Positions 47,021-57,403 of a stretch of 64,000 nt of DNA are shown in pieces. Location of the stretch: contig CAWBBV010000016.1 in the NCBI GenBank assembly GCA_963787125.1, forward strand, positions 1 to 64,000. The letters are read 5' to 3'. The notes beneath the pieces were generated by a model. The model did no database searches, was not told the origin of the DNA, and saw nothing but the letters and a program-made list of their open reading frames with translations. This stretch comes from an uncultured delta proteobacterium. GTDB lineage: Bacteria; Desulfobacterota; Desulfuromonadia; Geobacterales; DSM-12255. Position numbers and translations under genes: made by a program. Position 1 is the stretch's first letter. Every line of letters starts with the position of its first letter.

Positions 47021-48834
47021 GCCGCCCGGTCCTCCGTCGCCAACATAACAGCTTCAACGCCAGGTGCGCATCGGTCCGGTAGCCCGGCCAAACGCCTCAG
47101 CCGCCAGACCTGAACCGGCTTGTCCTCCTGGCGCAGTTCCTCCGCCGCCCAGGTTATACGGCGGCACTGAAACTCTTCTACACTTTCAGCAAGCTCGGCC
47201 AGCGCTGCAGCGCACAGCGGGAGTTTGTAAAGGCGTTTTCCCAGCCAGCCGGGCTGTCCCAAAGCGCGTTCCAAGGCAAGGCGGGTAATCTGCAGGGGCG
47301 GGGTTAGGGCGCGTAGCCTTGCGACTTCTTGCCGCAGGGCTCTCGCCGTCGTCGCATCGATATCGGCCCAGTCAAAGCGGGATTTGGTGGGAATTGGGAG
47401 TATGGCGGTGGGCGGTTGCGCCTCCAACCAGTTGCGGTCATGGCGATAAAGCCATGTGTATACCGCCGGAATCTGGTGTCGCAGATGTTGCCGGGTCAGG
47501 GTTGGGTTGGCAGTGTGTATTTCGCTCCAGGCAGCGCGCATCACATCCCGTTCGATTTGTGGCCGCTTGGCCCGCTCTGGCCGGGCCTTCCACGGCGTTT
47601 CCAGCCCCAAAAGGGCAACATACCGCAATACCGTCTTGGGATCGACAAACAGAGCTTTGGCAGTGCTGCGTAGACTGGCCCCAATAGCGACAAAGTCGCG
47701 TAACCGGTTCTCAAACAACGGGCCAAGATCGAGGAGTTTGGCGCGGCTGCCTGGCTCCGGCGCAGTGCTGAAGACATACCCGCAGGAACAATGAAAAACT
47801 CCAATCGTCCTACCACCTTCATCATGCAGTCGGTAATCCGTGACGACCGGTAGGCCATGATGATCGGCAAGCGGATTGCGGCAGGGCCAGGGGCCGGGTC
47901 CGAAGGGGTTGAACCTTTCGAACAGCGGCAGCGCGTCCAACAACAACTGCATCAGAACATGGCGCAAGGGGGCAAAACTCTTCCGATGTTTGCGGGCCAT
48001 CGACACCAGCCAGCCGTCCGGCGCAGCGTCCGGCAGGATGTCGATCATCGGGCCAAAGTGTGTCAGATAGGCATCCAACAGCGCTCGTTGGTCCACCTGA
48101 GCATCCCCTCGGGCAAAACCGCGCGCAAACAGAGCAGCGCGAATGTAATCGCTCCACGCCACCAGCTTACGAGCCGCAGGCGGGTTGGTAAGCAAGGCGG
48201 CGCTAGCGATAGCAATATCGCGCAGATGCTTGAGCGTTTCCGGTTGATCTATCCAGGCGGGCTGCGGCGGATCGGCAGGGCAATTGTCCTGGTCTGCTGC
48301 GCTGAAGCCGTGCTGGCCGGTACATGGGAGAACGATCCGACTGTCAGCCAGAGGCACGCCGTGAGTCAGGCAAACGAGGACGCCAGGCAGTTGATGGTCG
48401 CGCCGCCAATAGAGCTCCCCATGTCGGGTGAGCATCTCGGCGCGACACGTCGGGCAGTAGCGCAAAGCTGAAGGCAGGCGGACCTTGCTGGCCGCCAACC
48501 CAAGTTTGACATGAAGGGCATCGGCACCATCATTCTCGGCTGTTATCGCTGCCAAAGCCCAGTCACGTGCCTCCTGCGGCTGAAAGGCCGTAACATAGTT
48601 CAGGATGGTGTTCTCTAGCGCGAGCCTGTGTGCCGTGAGTTCCCTTGCTGGCGGTAGGTTTGTCGCCAGCCGACCCAGTTCTGTCTGCAGAAACGCTCCC
48701 GCCCGGACATTGCGGCTGCCGAATGCCTCGTCCAGCATCTGTTTCGGACTGTGCCACCCGCTATGGCGGCAAGTACGCGCCAACAGGCTGTAGACAAGCT
48801 CGTCTCGATAGAGTGCCGGTAGGTAAGGCAGCAT
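47017..48834 (-). CDS. tnsD: TnsD (TniQ family) attTn7 targeting protein
   Basis: DELVYSLLAR, LRYCPTC...YWRRDHQLPGVLVCLTH zinc finger, FGPGPWPCRNP and YTWLYRHDRNWL. Confidence 0.92.
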   Translation of the reverse strand: MLPYLPALYRDELVYSLLARTCRHSGWHSPKQMLDEAFGSRNVRAGAFLQTELGRLATNLPPARELTAHRLALENTILNYVTAFQPQEARDWALAAITAENDGADALHVKLGLAASKVRLPSALRYCPTCRAEMLTRHGELYWRRDHQLPGVLVCLTHGVPLADSRIVLPCTGQHGFSAADQDNCPADPPQPAWIDQPETLKHLRDIAIASAALLTNPPAARKLVAWSDYIRAALFARGFARGDAQVDQRALLDAYLTHFGPMIDILPDAAPDGWLVSMARKHRKSFAPLRHVLMQLLLDALPLFERFNPFGPGPWPCRNPLADHHGLPVVTDYRLHDEGGRTIGVFHCSCGYVFSTAPEPGSRAKLLDLGPLFENRLRDFVAIGASLRSTAKALFVDPKTVLRYVALLGLETPWKARPERAKRPQIERDVMRAAWSEIHTANPTLTRQHLRHQIPAVYTWLYRHDRNWLEAQPPTAILPIPTKSRFDWADIDATTARALRQEVARLRALTPPLQITRLALERALGQPGWLGKRLYKLPLCAAALAELAESVEEFQCRRITWAAEELRQEDKPVQVWRLRRLAGLPDRCAPGVEAVMLATEDRAA

Positions 48835-48836
48835 GG

Positions 48837-51800
48837 TTACACCGGTCCGAATCTGGGTGGGCGAACCAGCCCGGCAGCGGCCAAAGACTCCTCGGCGGTC
48901 AGTCCGCGTTCACTGCCCTTAATGGCGATTTTGGACAATCGGGTAGCCGGGGGTTTTTCTCCCCCAGCCCCCACACCACCGGACATGCGGGTCCGCATCC
49001 GGCGGTTCGATAGAATTACCGGGCCGTAGCCGGGTAGTGAAGCTTCACCCACAGTTCTTTGACAGATAATAAGCCTTGATCCTTCAGACATTTGTTGGTC
49101 AAACCGGTATGAGCAGCCAATCTTCGGGACATGGCCCACGGGCCACTTCTATTCAGGCCCGCTCGGATGGCGGTGAATTTCTCCGTCCCCAACTTGAGCA
49201 GCTCCCGAATTTTGGTACGACACCAGCGCCACTGTTTCCAGTAACAGAGCCGTATCCTGCGCCTTATCCAACCGTCTATTTCCGGAATTTCACGGTAATA
49301 CTCCGATATTCCGAAGTACCCCATCCAGCCACGGAGATATTGAGCCAGTTTATACAACCGGTACTTCATGGAGACCCGCCAGCTTCTTCCGGTATACTGT
49401 TTGACGCGGCGTCTGAATTCCTTGTATGCCTTGTCAGACCAGATGATGCGGGTGCCACTGAAGATAAAACCAAGGAAGTCGATGCGGGATGTTCTTGCTA
49501 CCGCACTCTTGGTTTCATTGACGTTAAGCTTGAGTTTGCTGGTCAGGAAGGTTTTCATCCCTTCCATTACCCGGTCGCCGGCGCGCTGGCTTTTGACGAG
49601 GATGACGAAGTCGTCTGCATAGCGGACGAACTTGTGACCGCGTTTCTCAAGTTCTTTGTCCAGTGTGTCGAGCAGGATATTGGCAAGAAGCGGCGAGAGG
49701 GGGCCACCCTGGGGAACACCCAGTCTGGTCTTTTCAAGACGCCCGTTTACCTTTACACCTGCCCGTAAGTACGTGCCGATCAGGGCTAGTACCCGCTTGT
49801 CGTGAACTTTCTTGCTCACAAGGTGCATGAGCAGATCATGGTTGACCGTGTCGAAGAACTTGGCAAGGTCAATATCCACGGCAATCCGGTATCCCTGCTG
49901 GATGTACTCCCGCACCTTTCGGACAGCATCTTTTGCTGACCGACGGGGACGGAAACCGAAGCTCGATGCGGAGAAGTCCGGATCGAAGATCGGTGTCAAC
50001 ACTTGGGCAATGGACTGTTGGATCAGCCGGTCAAGTACAGTGGGTATCCCCAGCGGACGGGTTCCACCCGTTGCTTTGGGAATCTCTACCCGCTTTACCG
50101 GCAAAGGTTGGTAACTGCCTGTCATTAGCGATTCGCGAATAGTGTTCCAGTGAGAACGGGTATGGTCGGGGAATTGTTCGATGGTGATGCCATCGACGCC
50201 GGGTGCGCCCTTATTGGCTTTGACCCGTTTCCACGCTTGCTCCATGTTCGCACTGGAGAGTATCCGCTCCAGTAGGTGCTGCTCAGGGGTTGGCTGATCA
50301 ATGACGCGCTCCATAGGCATTCCCCCGGACGGGTTCTTTATGTCATGAAAGCTCATTGGTGCTACTCCCCTTTCTTCGTTCGGCCCTTCGGCGGGGTAAG
50401 GCTTCCCGGACTCTGCCGGGCTTGTTTCCAGTTGCCGGATCGCTTGCGGCAACGTCTCGCGCCTACTATGGCTTCTGCTGACTTCTGTCCGATACCCGGC
50501 ATGTTGCCATGCAGAGCGCAGCCCCACGTATCTGGAACGGCAATTCGGACAGATCTCCCCGGATAAGAACGTGAACTGTGGCTACACAACCGCAGCATTT
50601 ACCATTTCTCCTGAACCCATGGGACTTCGTCATGTTGTGCTGACTTGCCCGGATGATGGCCTTGTATGCTGTTTCTGTTCGTCGGCTCATAGCTTTGCGC
50701 TCCGGCTTCCTCCAGACCCCTCCTCGCGGAGACGCCCTTGCCTTCGGCTAGTACTTGGTTTACGCTGTCTCGCGACAGTGTTGGATTCACCGTACAGGGG
50801 ACTTGCACCCCATAAGTTCACGCCCATGACGGGCGTACACAATGACACTGGCGACTGACGCGCCTTGTCCTGTCGCGGGGCTCGCTTCGGTTTCTTCTTG
50901 GCAGTCTCCGGCCCACGATCCCGTAACATGCCGGAAATATGACCGATTAATTCAAAGTTCGAGGCGTTGGGGTACAGCGCACGCGCTTTTTCCGCCATCA
51001 GAGAAGCGATGTCTTGGGCCAAGCCAACCTGGACCAGCGCGGCGATGAGTTGGTCGGCCCAATTATCTTCGGCGGGTGGATCATACTGGTCGGGGGGTGA
51101 GTCTTGCCGCAACATAGGCTCAGATTGCAGCATTGCATTCTGGAAAATCTGACAGACATGGTTTTCCAGCGGCTTCAGATCATCATATTTATCGATTTCC
51201 TTCTCATTTTTGGTCTTGAGCGCGGTCATCATCGGCTCGATTACCTTGAAATGCTGGGAGGCCGTCTCGCGGAACAACTGGGCGTCCATCACTTCGGGGG
51301 TGTTGCGGATGGAGCTCTGTTCCATTACCTGAAGCTGGGTCAGCATGAACAACTTGATAAGCACGTCGATGATACCTTGGCTTTCATCATAGAGCACGTT
51401 GCGGATATCATCAGTCAGCGGAGTTTCCTGAAGGGTCCACTGGAACTTCCACAGGACGTCGACAAAATGGTTCCATACTGGTCCAGGCTGTAACCGCTCC
51501 CAGACGGCACACCCAAGACCATTGGCACGACGCGCCTGTCGGAAATCGCCTTGAAACAACGGCAGCGCTCCCATGGTCCCAACAGTGATGACCGGAATAC
51601 CTATGGTGTTGACCAGAGTGACCAGGAAATTCAACATAGCATCTTGTCCCACCCCATCGGCCAAGGTCAGATGCTGGATCTCGTCAATGACCAGAACCCC
51701 CAAGGCGTGGCGATTCGCCAACTGCGCCATTTCTGCCATCATCAAATCGATGGAATTTTTGTTTTTTCCAAACTGGGCGAAGCTCCGTGTCCCCAATATC

Positions 51801-52363
51801 AGGTCCAGTTCGCGGAAAAAATGTCTGCAGAGCTGATTTGCAGAACCCTTGTAAGGGCAGTCGAGCTTTAGCCAAACTACTTGCTGGAGGCTAAAGGGTT
51901 GGAGATGTTCGATAGTCTGCGGATAATATTCCAGAAGCCTGTTGATTGCCGTACTTTTGCCCGCCCCCGAGGTGCCCAACAGAGTAAATCCCTCGGCCGT
52001 TCCCCTTACATAATGGCGGCCCGCGTTCAAATCACGGTTGATGATCCGTTCATGCCCGTCCTGCAGCCGCCGAATATAGTCGGTGGTCAGAGGATTGCGG
52101 CTGACATAGCCTTGCCGTAAGAGTGTCGAGAAGGCGGTTTCCAACCGCAGGTGATGATCAAGTGGTTCGAAGAAACGGCGCAAACGATACAAGCAATTAA
52201 TCCGGATATGGAAAGGATAGTTTCGTTCTTCCGGTTTAAAATATGGAGGATCGGACAGGAATTTCAAGGCGTCGCGCTGGGAAAGCTGCGGAGGCAGTTG
52301 ATTAATGAAGGGGTTGCTACTAAACTCGGGGAGGAGGGCGATATCGGTCTGAGGCTGGTCCAT
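48837..52363 (-). CDS. tnsC: TnsC AAA+ regulator in two exons (52363-50839 and 48937-48837), 541 aa after intron removal
   Basis: GTSGAGKS Walker A and VLVIDEIQ Walker B. The spliced junction TCA TTG T|TG TCC gives ...SPVSLLSKIAIKGSERGLTAEESLAAAGLVRPPRFGPV*, ending 2 nt before the tnsD ATG. Confidence 0.88.
48938..50838 (-). mobile_element. Group II intron, class IIC-like (1901 nt)
   Basis: 5' end GTACGCCCGTCATGGGCGTG. Short domain V GAACCGCCGGATGCGGACCCGCATGTCCGGTGGTGT. Domain VI ends CTACCCGAT. Internal RT ORF lacks an HNH domain. Confidence 0.9.
49016..50356 (-). CDS. ltrA: Group II intron reverse transcriptase/maturase
   Basis: NKGAPGVDG, RPLGIPTVLDRLIQ, PQGGPLSPLLAN, RYADD and X domain RGWMGYF. 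Likely start ATG 50356 after GGGGAG. Confidence 0.93.
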   Translation of the reverse strand: MSFHDIKNPSGGMPMERVIDQPTPEQHLLERILSSANMEQAWKRVKANKGAPGVDGITIEQFPDHTRSHWNTIRESLMTGSYQPLPVKRVEIPKATGGTRPLGIPTVLDRLIQQSIAQVLTPIFDPDFSASSFGFRPRRSAKDAVRKVREYIQQGYRIAVDIDLAKFFDTVNHDLLMHLVSKKVHDKRVLALIGTYLRAGVKVNGRLEKTRLGVPQGGPLSPLLANILLDTLDKELEKRGHKFVRYADDFVILVKSQRAGDRVMEGMKTFLTSKLKLNVNETKSAVARTSRIDFLGFIFSGTRIIWSDKAYKEFRRRVKQYTGRSWRVSMKYRLYKLAQYLRGWMGYFGISEYYREIPEIDGWIRRRIRLCYWKQWRWCRTKIRELLKLGTEKFTAIRAGLNRSGPWAMSRRLAAHTGLTNKCLKDQGLLSVKELWVKLHYPATAR

Positions 52364-52369
52364 GATGGC

Positions 52370-54517
52370 TTACTCCTCCTCTTGATCATCTTTGCGAAAT
52401 TTTCGTAACATCTCGGTGATGTCTGGCAGGCTGTAGTCTTTCTTTGCCGGTATGCCGGGAAAGGGAACGACATCTGCGGGTCGCGCCGTTTGTTTACGCT
52501 CAGGTCGCAGTGCATCACGCTTCTGCAAAGCTGTCCGCTCCACCTGACGATTGGGGCGGATTTCCTTGGTGCGTTGCCGGCTCGACGCAGGTGATCTGTT
52601 GGCCAGCGCGGATTGGGCCTCGGTCACAATCTGCTGAATCTGCTCTATCAGGTTGATGCGACCCGTAGTTTCCTCGGGTTGCTGCATGCGGGCAACACTC
52701 TTGGCCTCCTGTCGTAACTGATCAATTTCCCACAAAGTTTTGCCGACATGTTCGCGGCTCTGCCCCATCAGTGTACAGGGAATGAAATGCGGCTGACCGC
52801 TTTCGCCTTGTAGCCATATGTCGTCCATGCATCGTGGATCATAAGAAACGACGATCCGCCAGTTTCTGACCTGCCGGGCGCGCTCGAACCAGTGTTCCTT
52901 GATGGCCAGCGTGCAGGAATAGTAGAGCCCGAAAAGACGGATGCCCCGCTCTGTTACGGTCGCGTTGTCATGCGGCAGCAGACTGAGACGGACCAGATCA
53001 GCTGGATATTGCCGCAACCGTCCGCTTCGGTTAGCGATGCCCCAATTCCATAACTCAACTGGGACGGCGGGAACTCGATCGCGAATCATCTCGGGACTGA
53101 GCGGGTACTCCTTCAACCGGTGCTGGATGTTATAGTATCGGACACAGACAAGTAGAATTTTTGTGAATTGATCGATATTCAGTGTCGCGTCAAGGCGATA
53201 GTCATTGCCACCGCGCTGCTGATAATCTTCCTGAATATAGCCGGGGGTATATGCCTTGAATCGCGCTGGGAGCAGGCGGAATTGTTGTTCCACCACCCCT
53301 TTCCAATCGGCGCGATAGGGAGCGGAGTTTTCTATCCTGACGGCAAAGGCCTTAATCAGCGTTTCTACCATCTGCCCGACCATTTCCCCCCGGTCGCCCA
53401 TAATAGCTTCCGGCATGCCCTGGCAGGGCCATTGGTCGCTACTGAAGCTGACGCCAAACCGGTCGCAATAAGGCCCCTTGTCCAATATGGCATTGCTCAG
53501 CGCCTGCATGGCTCCCACCCAGCTTGGTCCCTCGAACCCGACATGCAGGCCGGTAATCATTCTGCTGAAAACGTCTATGATGACGTAGACAACTGGACGG
53601 CCAACGATCTTGTCCGAGAAATAACGGGAGACGAGATAAACATCGGCAATGGTTGCGTCGATCAGGTAGCGGGAGCCGGGACCGATGGTCTCCGCCGTGG
53701 CTGTGCCGGTCAATGCCCGCATGTCCTTGTCATAGACACGCGGTGAGACCCGCCGCCGCTTCAATTCGAAGATGTCGTTGTCCTTTTGATACCAGTAACG
53801 GAACTGCCACCAACTGGGCGCATCTGGACGTAAAATCAGTTCCTGCTGGCTGGTTTCCGTATTGATCACCGAGTCGGAAAAGAAAGATCCCAGCATGGCA
53901 TGATAACACTCGGTCAGTTCAAAGACCGAATGCATGGCATAATATTTGGTGATGGCCACCTTGAAGATTAGGCGTGTTTCTACGGTAACATTGGCCGAGG
54001 GCTCGTTGTTTTTCGGCGGTCGCCCCCGTGGCTTTCCTGTGGCGGGACGCTCCTTCCCCCTCCCACCGCAATAGTCATAGTCTGGCAGCAGGGCATTGGG
54101 AGTCATGCCACGCTGCCAGTAGCGACGTAGCAACCGCAACAGGCTGTGGCAGCTTTCGCCATGAGCCGTGACGGTTTCGGCGATAATCTGCCCCCGCTTG
54201 CGGAGGTCGAAAATCTCTGGTTGCCGGGCGAGCAGCGGTGCGATTCGAGCATAGTTCTCATCACGAATGACGCGTTGGGCGGGTGAGAGCTGATCCTCGA
54301 TCACCATGATCAGGAAGGGATCATCTGCTCGCAGATGAATCGCCTCCTCGCTCTGCAACCGGATCACATCTTCATGCCGTCGATAGGCCGGATTGGCCCG
54401 TTCCGCCAGGATATCGATGACAACATATCCTGGGTCCAGGGTATCGAACCATAGCACCCGTTCGGTGTGACCGTCTTCGGTAAATTCCAACAGCTGGTTC
54501 AGGGTCAGGAGGGTCAT
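52370..54517 (-). CDS. tnsB: TnsB DDE transposase
   Basis: YWQRGMTPNALLPDY, YLIDATIAD, IDVFSRMI, GDRGE and WKGVVE. Confidence 0.93.
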   Translation of the reverse strand: MTLLTLNQLLEFTEDGHTERVLWFDTLDPGYVVIDILAERANPAYRRHEDVIRLQSEEAIHLRADDPFLIMVIEDQLSPAQRVIRDENYARIAPLLARQPEIFDLRKRGQIIAETVTAHGESCHSLLRLLRRYWQRGMTPNALLPDYDYCGGRGKERPATGKPRGRPPKNNEPSANVTVETRLIFKVAITKYYAMHSVFELTECYHAMLGSFFSDSVINTETSQQELILRPDAPSWWQFRYWYQKDNDIFELKRRRVSPRVYDKDMRALTGTATAETIGPGSRYLIDATIADVYLVSRYFSDKIVGRPVVYVIIDVFSRMITGLHVGFEGPSWVGAMQALSNAILDKGPYCDRFGVSFSSDQWPCQGMPEAIMGDRGEMVGQMVETLIKAFAVRIENSAPYRADWKGVVEQQFRLLPARFKAYTPGYIQEDYQQRGGNDYRLDATLNIDQFTKILLVCVRYYNIQHRLKEYPLSPEMIRDRVPAVPVELWNWGIANRSGRLRQYPADLVRLSLLPHDNATVTERGIRLFGLYYSCTLAIKEHWFERARQVRNWRIVVSYDPRCMDDIWLQGESGQPHFIPCTLMGQSREHVGKTLWEIDQLRQEAKSVARMQQPEETTGRINLIEQIQQIVTEAQSALANRSPASSRQRTKEIRPNRQVERTALQKRDALRPERKQTARPADVVPFPGIPAKKDYSLPDITEMLRKFRKDDQEEE

Positions 54518-55353
54518 GCTCGCTTCTCCATATAGCTGGAAAGTGGCATCTGAAACGATGCCATGGTCAGTCGGTCGCTCAGCGTCAGGGTCTCCATGTC
54601 GCAGATGATCGACTTAGTGGCCAGGAGATGGCGGAACAGCATCAGCCCATCACCATCGATTAGCTCTAGGCGGGCCTCCATGTCGGAGCAGAACTGGCGT
54701 AAAGTCTGCCACGGTGAGGCCATAACCTGTGCCAGCATCCTTCGGGCTGCGTCCTGGTAAAATCCGGGATGTGGTTCGATAAGATCATTCAATCGATAGA
54801 AACTGTGAACCCATTCGATATTGCGAATCAGGCAGGTGGGAAGAACTGCCGGGGTGACGATGCTCCAGTCAACCGCCTTGGTGCCCCAGTAAATCCTTTC
54901 TATTTCAAGCTTTTCTCTTGTCCGGGGAACGTCGAGATCCTTGCCAAGCTTGACCGCATAGGCCACTTGGGCCAGGCATCCGTCTTTCCAGACATCGACC
55001 AGAAAGTCAGTGGTCATGACCATCGGCGTGGACATGCCGGGAAAGCGGGGAGGTTGGATATTACAGGTCTGAGCGATGAGGGTTGTTGCGGACCGGTCGA
55101 GGGGGAATTGTTCCCGGATATCGGCGACTGACTCTTCCCATTCCAGCCAGTAGAACAAGCTACGTTCAATATCAGAAAGAAGATGGTGTATTCGGCCAGT
55201 ATGAATGCCCATAGGGCGCGTGCTGCGCCCTATCGAGGGGACATCTTGAACGGTTAGCCAGGGCTTGTAGTCATTCTTGTTTCCCTTTCCCCGTCCTTCC
55301 TTTTCGAACAGGGCAATCCGTTGTTCGTCAATGACATATCGGCGTCGTGCCAT
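54514..55353 (-). CDS. tnsA: TnsA endonuclease
   Basis: EGRGKG...YKPWLTVQDVPSIG, HHLLSDIE, DIREQFPL, MTTDF and KLEIERIYW. Confidence 0.95.
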   Translation of the reverse strand: MARRRYVIDEQRIALFEKEGRGKGNKNDYKPWLTVQDVPSIGRSTRPMGIHTGRIHHLLSDIERSLFYWLEWEESVADIREQFPLDRSATTLIAQTCNIQPPRFPGMSTPMVMTTDFLVDVWKDGCLAQVAYAVKLGKDLDVPRTREKLEIERIYWGTKAVDWSIVTPAVLPTCLIRNIEWVHSFYRLNDLIEPHPGFYQDAARRMLAQVMASPWQTLRQFCSDMEARLELIDGDGLMLFRHLLATKSIICDMETLTLSDRLTMASFQMPLSSYMEKRA

Positions 55354-55422
55354 GGCACCCCTCCGGGAATAAGATCATCCTAATGACAGAATACACCGAT
55401 ACCCGAAGAAAGCAATGGTCAG

Positions 55423-55487
55423 GACCAAACTTTATTCATCACGAGCAAACTATTTTACCCATGAGCAAACTTTATTACATCTGGACA
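55423..55487 (-). repeat. Tn7-like right end with three TnsB sites at 20-bp period
   Basis: - strand reads TGTCCAGATGT-AATAAAGTTTGCTC...AAAATAGTTTGCTC...AATAAAGTTTGGTC. Confidence 0.9.
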
Positions 55488-55511
55488 AAGGAGTCTTCGG
55501 CAAAGCTCAGA

Positions 55512-57347
55512 TCATTCGACTGTAACGCTTTTTGCCAGGTTCCTCGGCTGATCCACATCGGTCCCTTTCATGACTGCAATGTGGTAGGCAAGGAGTTGCA
55601 TCGGGATGGAGAGGAGCAGTGGCAGCAGCTCTTCGGCAGCAGGGGGAATCTCGATGACCGCCTCGACTTTCCCTCGGACATCCTGGTCTCCTTGTGTGCA
55701 GACAGCAATCACCCTGCCGCCCCTGGCAATGACCTCCTCCATATTGGAGGCGACCTTATCGTAGGTGCTGTTTTTCGGCACAAGCACCACGACCGGCATG
55801 TTCTCATCAATCAGGGCTATCGGGCCATGCTTCATTTCACCTGCCGGATATCCTTCGGCATGGATGTACGAAATTTCTTTCAGTTTAAGCGCCCCTTCAA
55901 GGGCTATGGGGTAGTTCATGCCGCGCCCCAGGTAGAGGAAGTCGCGAGCGTTCATATAGCGCCTGGCGATCTTCTCGACAGTTGCATCAAGCGTGAGTGT
56001 CTCCTCCATCAGTGAGGACACCTGCAGGAGTCCTTTAGTCAGGACGATTCCTTTTGCCTTGTCTATTCTGCCGATTCCCCGGCCAAAACGGATAGTCAGC
56101 AGATAAAGGGCGACCAACTGGGTAACGAATGCTTTTGTCGAAGCAACGCCGATTTCAGGGCCGGCGTGGGTATAAATAACGCCATCCGCCTCTCTGGCAA
56201 TCGAGGAATCAACGACGTTGCAGATAGCAACGGCTTTTGCCCCACGCGAGCGCGCTTCCCTCATGGCTGCCAGAGTATCGGCGGTTTCACCGGACTGGGA
56301 GATCAGCACCATCAGCGTCCGTTCATTGACAACGGGATTGCGGTAACGAAACTCCGAGGCAATATCCACCTCAACCGGCAGGCGACAGTGCTCTTCCAGA
56401 AGGAACTTGCCGACAAGTCCCGAATGCCAGGAGGTGCCGCAGGCAACGATGCAGATCCTGTCTATTTTTGCCAGCGCTTCATCGTCAAGGTTGAAATCTT
56501 CGAGGAAAACATCCCCCTCCTCCTCCAGCAGGCGGCCGGAAATTGTATCCCGTATGGCTCTTGGCTGTTCATAAATCTCCTTGAGCATGAAATGCTTGTA
56601 GCCCCCCTTTTCGGCCATAAGAGGTGACCAGTCGATATGCCTGGACTGCTTGACCAGTTTCTCGCCGGCAAGGGTCGAAAATTCAGGCTCCGTGGCTAAC
56701 GCCCGGAACAGCACGAACTCGCCATCCTCCATAAAAACCATTTGTCTGGTATGGGCAAGGATGGCCGGGATGTCTGAAGCTACAAAAAATTCGGAATCGC
56801 CGAGACCAACGACCATGGGAGAGCCCTGTTTGGAGGCGATCAGCACCCCTGGCTCGTCCTCGCAGAGGATGCAGACTGCATATGCGCCTCTCACCTTCGA
56901 GAGCGCCTGACGTACCGCAGACTCAAAGCCGCAGCCGGATTCAAGCTCCTCTTCAACAAGATGGGATATTACCTCGGTGTCGGTCTCGGATAAGAAGCGA
57001 TGGCCGATGCTGCGCAGATTCTCTCTAAGCTGAAGATAGTTCTCAATGATGCCGTTATGGACAACTATCACACTGCCTGCCTTGTGTGGGTGGGCATTGA
57101 CAACCGAAGGTCTGCCGTGGGTAGCCCAGCGGGTATGCCCGATGCCTATGGAGCCTGGCAGCGGCATGTCGGCAAGAATTTTTTCCAGATTCACCAGTTT
57201 TCCTTCACTTCTAGCCATAACTGCCGAGCCGTTTACGATTGTACAGATCCCGGCAGAGTCATAACCGCGGTACTCAAGCTTTTTGAGCCCTTCAAGGATG
57301 ACAGGAGTCGCCTGCTGATTGCCAATATAACCTACAATTCCGCACAT
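55512..57347 (-). CDS. glmS: Glutamine--fructose-6-phosphate aminotransferase
   Basis: MCGIVG N-terminus, GHTRWATHG and [12 protein letters not shown]-terminus (the attTn7 recognition sequence). Confidence 0.98.
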   Translation of the reverse strand: MCGIVGYIGNQQATPVILEGLKKLEYRGYDSAGICTIVNGSAVMARSEGKLVNLEKILADMPLPGSIGIGHTRWATHGRPSVVNAHPHKAGSVIVVHNGIIENYLQLRENLRSIGHRFLSETDTEVISHLVEEELESGCGFESAVRQALSKVRGAYAVCILCEDEPGVLIASKQGSPMVVGLGDSEFFVASDIPAILAHTRQMVFMEDGEFVLFRALATEPEFSTLAGEKLVKQSRHIDWSPLMAEKGGYKHFMLKEIYEQPRAIRDTISGRLLEEEGDVFLEDFNLDDEALAKIDRICIVACGTSWHSGLVGKFLLEEHCRLPVEVDIASEFRYRNPVVNERTLMVLISQSGETADTLAAMREARSRGAKAVAICNVVDSSIAREADGVIYTHAGPEIGVASTKAFVTQLVALYLLTIRFGRGIGRIDKAKGIVLTKGLLQVSSLMEETLTLDATVEKIARRYMNARDFLYLGRGMNYPIALEGALKLKEISYIHAEGYPAGEMKHGPIALIDENMPVVVLVPKNSTYDKVASNMEEVIARGGRVIAVCTQGDQDVRGKVEAVIEIPPAAEELLPLLLSIPMQLLAYHIAVMKGTDVDQPRNLAKSVTVE

Positions 57348-57403
57348 AAAAGTCTCCGTTCAAAATTCATGAATTCACTCGACAACTACACTAATAAAAG
57401 CGT

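Larger units (their letters stand above)
15410..55487 (-). mobile_element. Tn7-like transposon (tnsABCDE, ~40.1 kb) at glmS attTn7
   Basis: TSD AAGGA at 15405-15409 and 55488-55492. Both ends read TG-N9-AATAAAGTTT(A/G)CTC. The tnsA end faces glmS, with the TSD centre 22 nt from the last base of the glmS stop. Confidence 0.93.

Noticed and set aside
49016..50527. RT as a DGR or retron diversifying the variable C-termini
   Set aside because: It is flanked by group II intron 5' and DV/DVI ends and has a maturase X domain. The tails are wholly unrelated rather than adenine-specific variants, and no TR/VR pair is visible.
50687..50838. ORF-track C-terminus of TnsC (CTPVMGVNLWG...)
   Set aside because: Read-through into intron domain I; the true C-terminus is at 48937-48837.
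55347..56015. 222-aa + strand ORF across the Tn7 right end
   Set aside because: It overlaps the TnsB sites and is antisense to glmS; a chance open frame.
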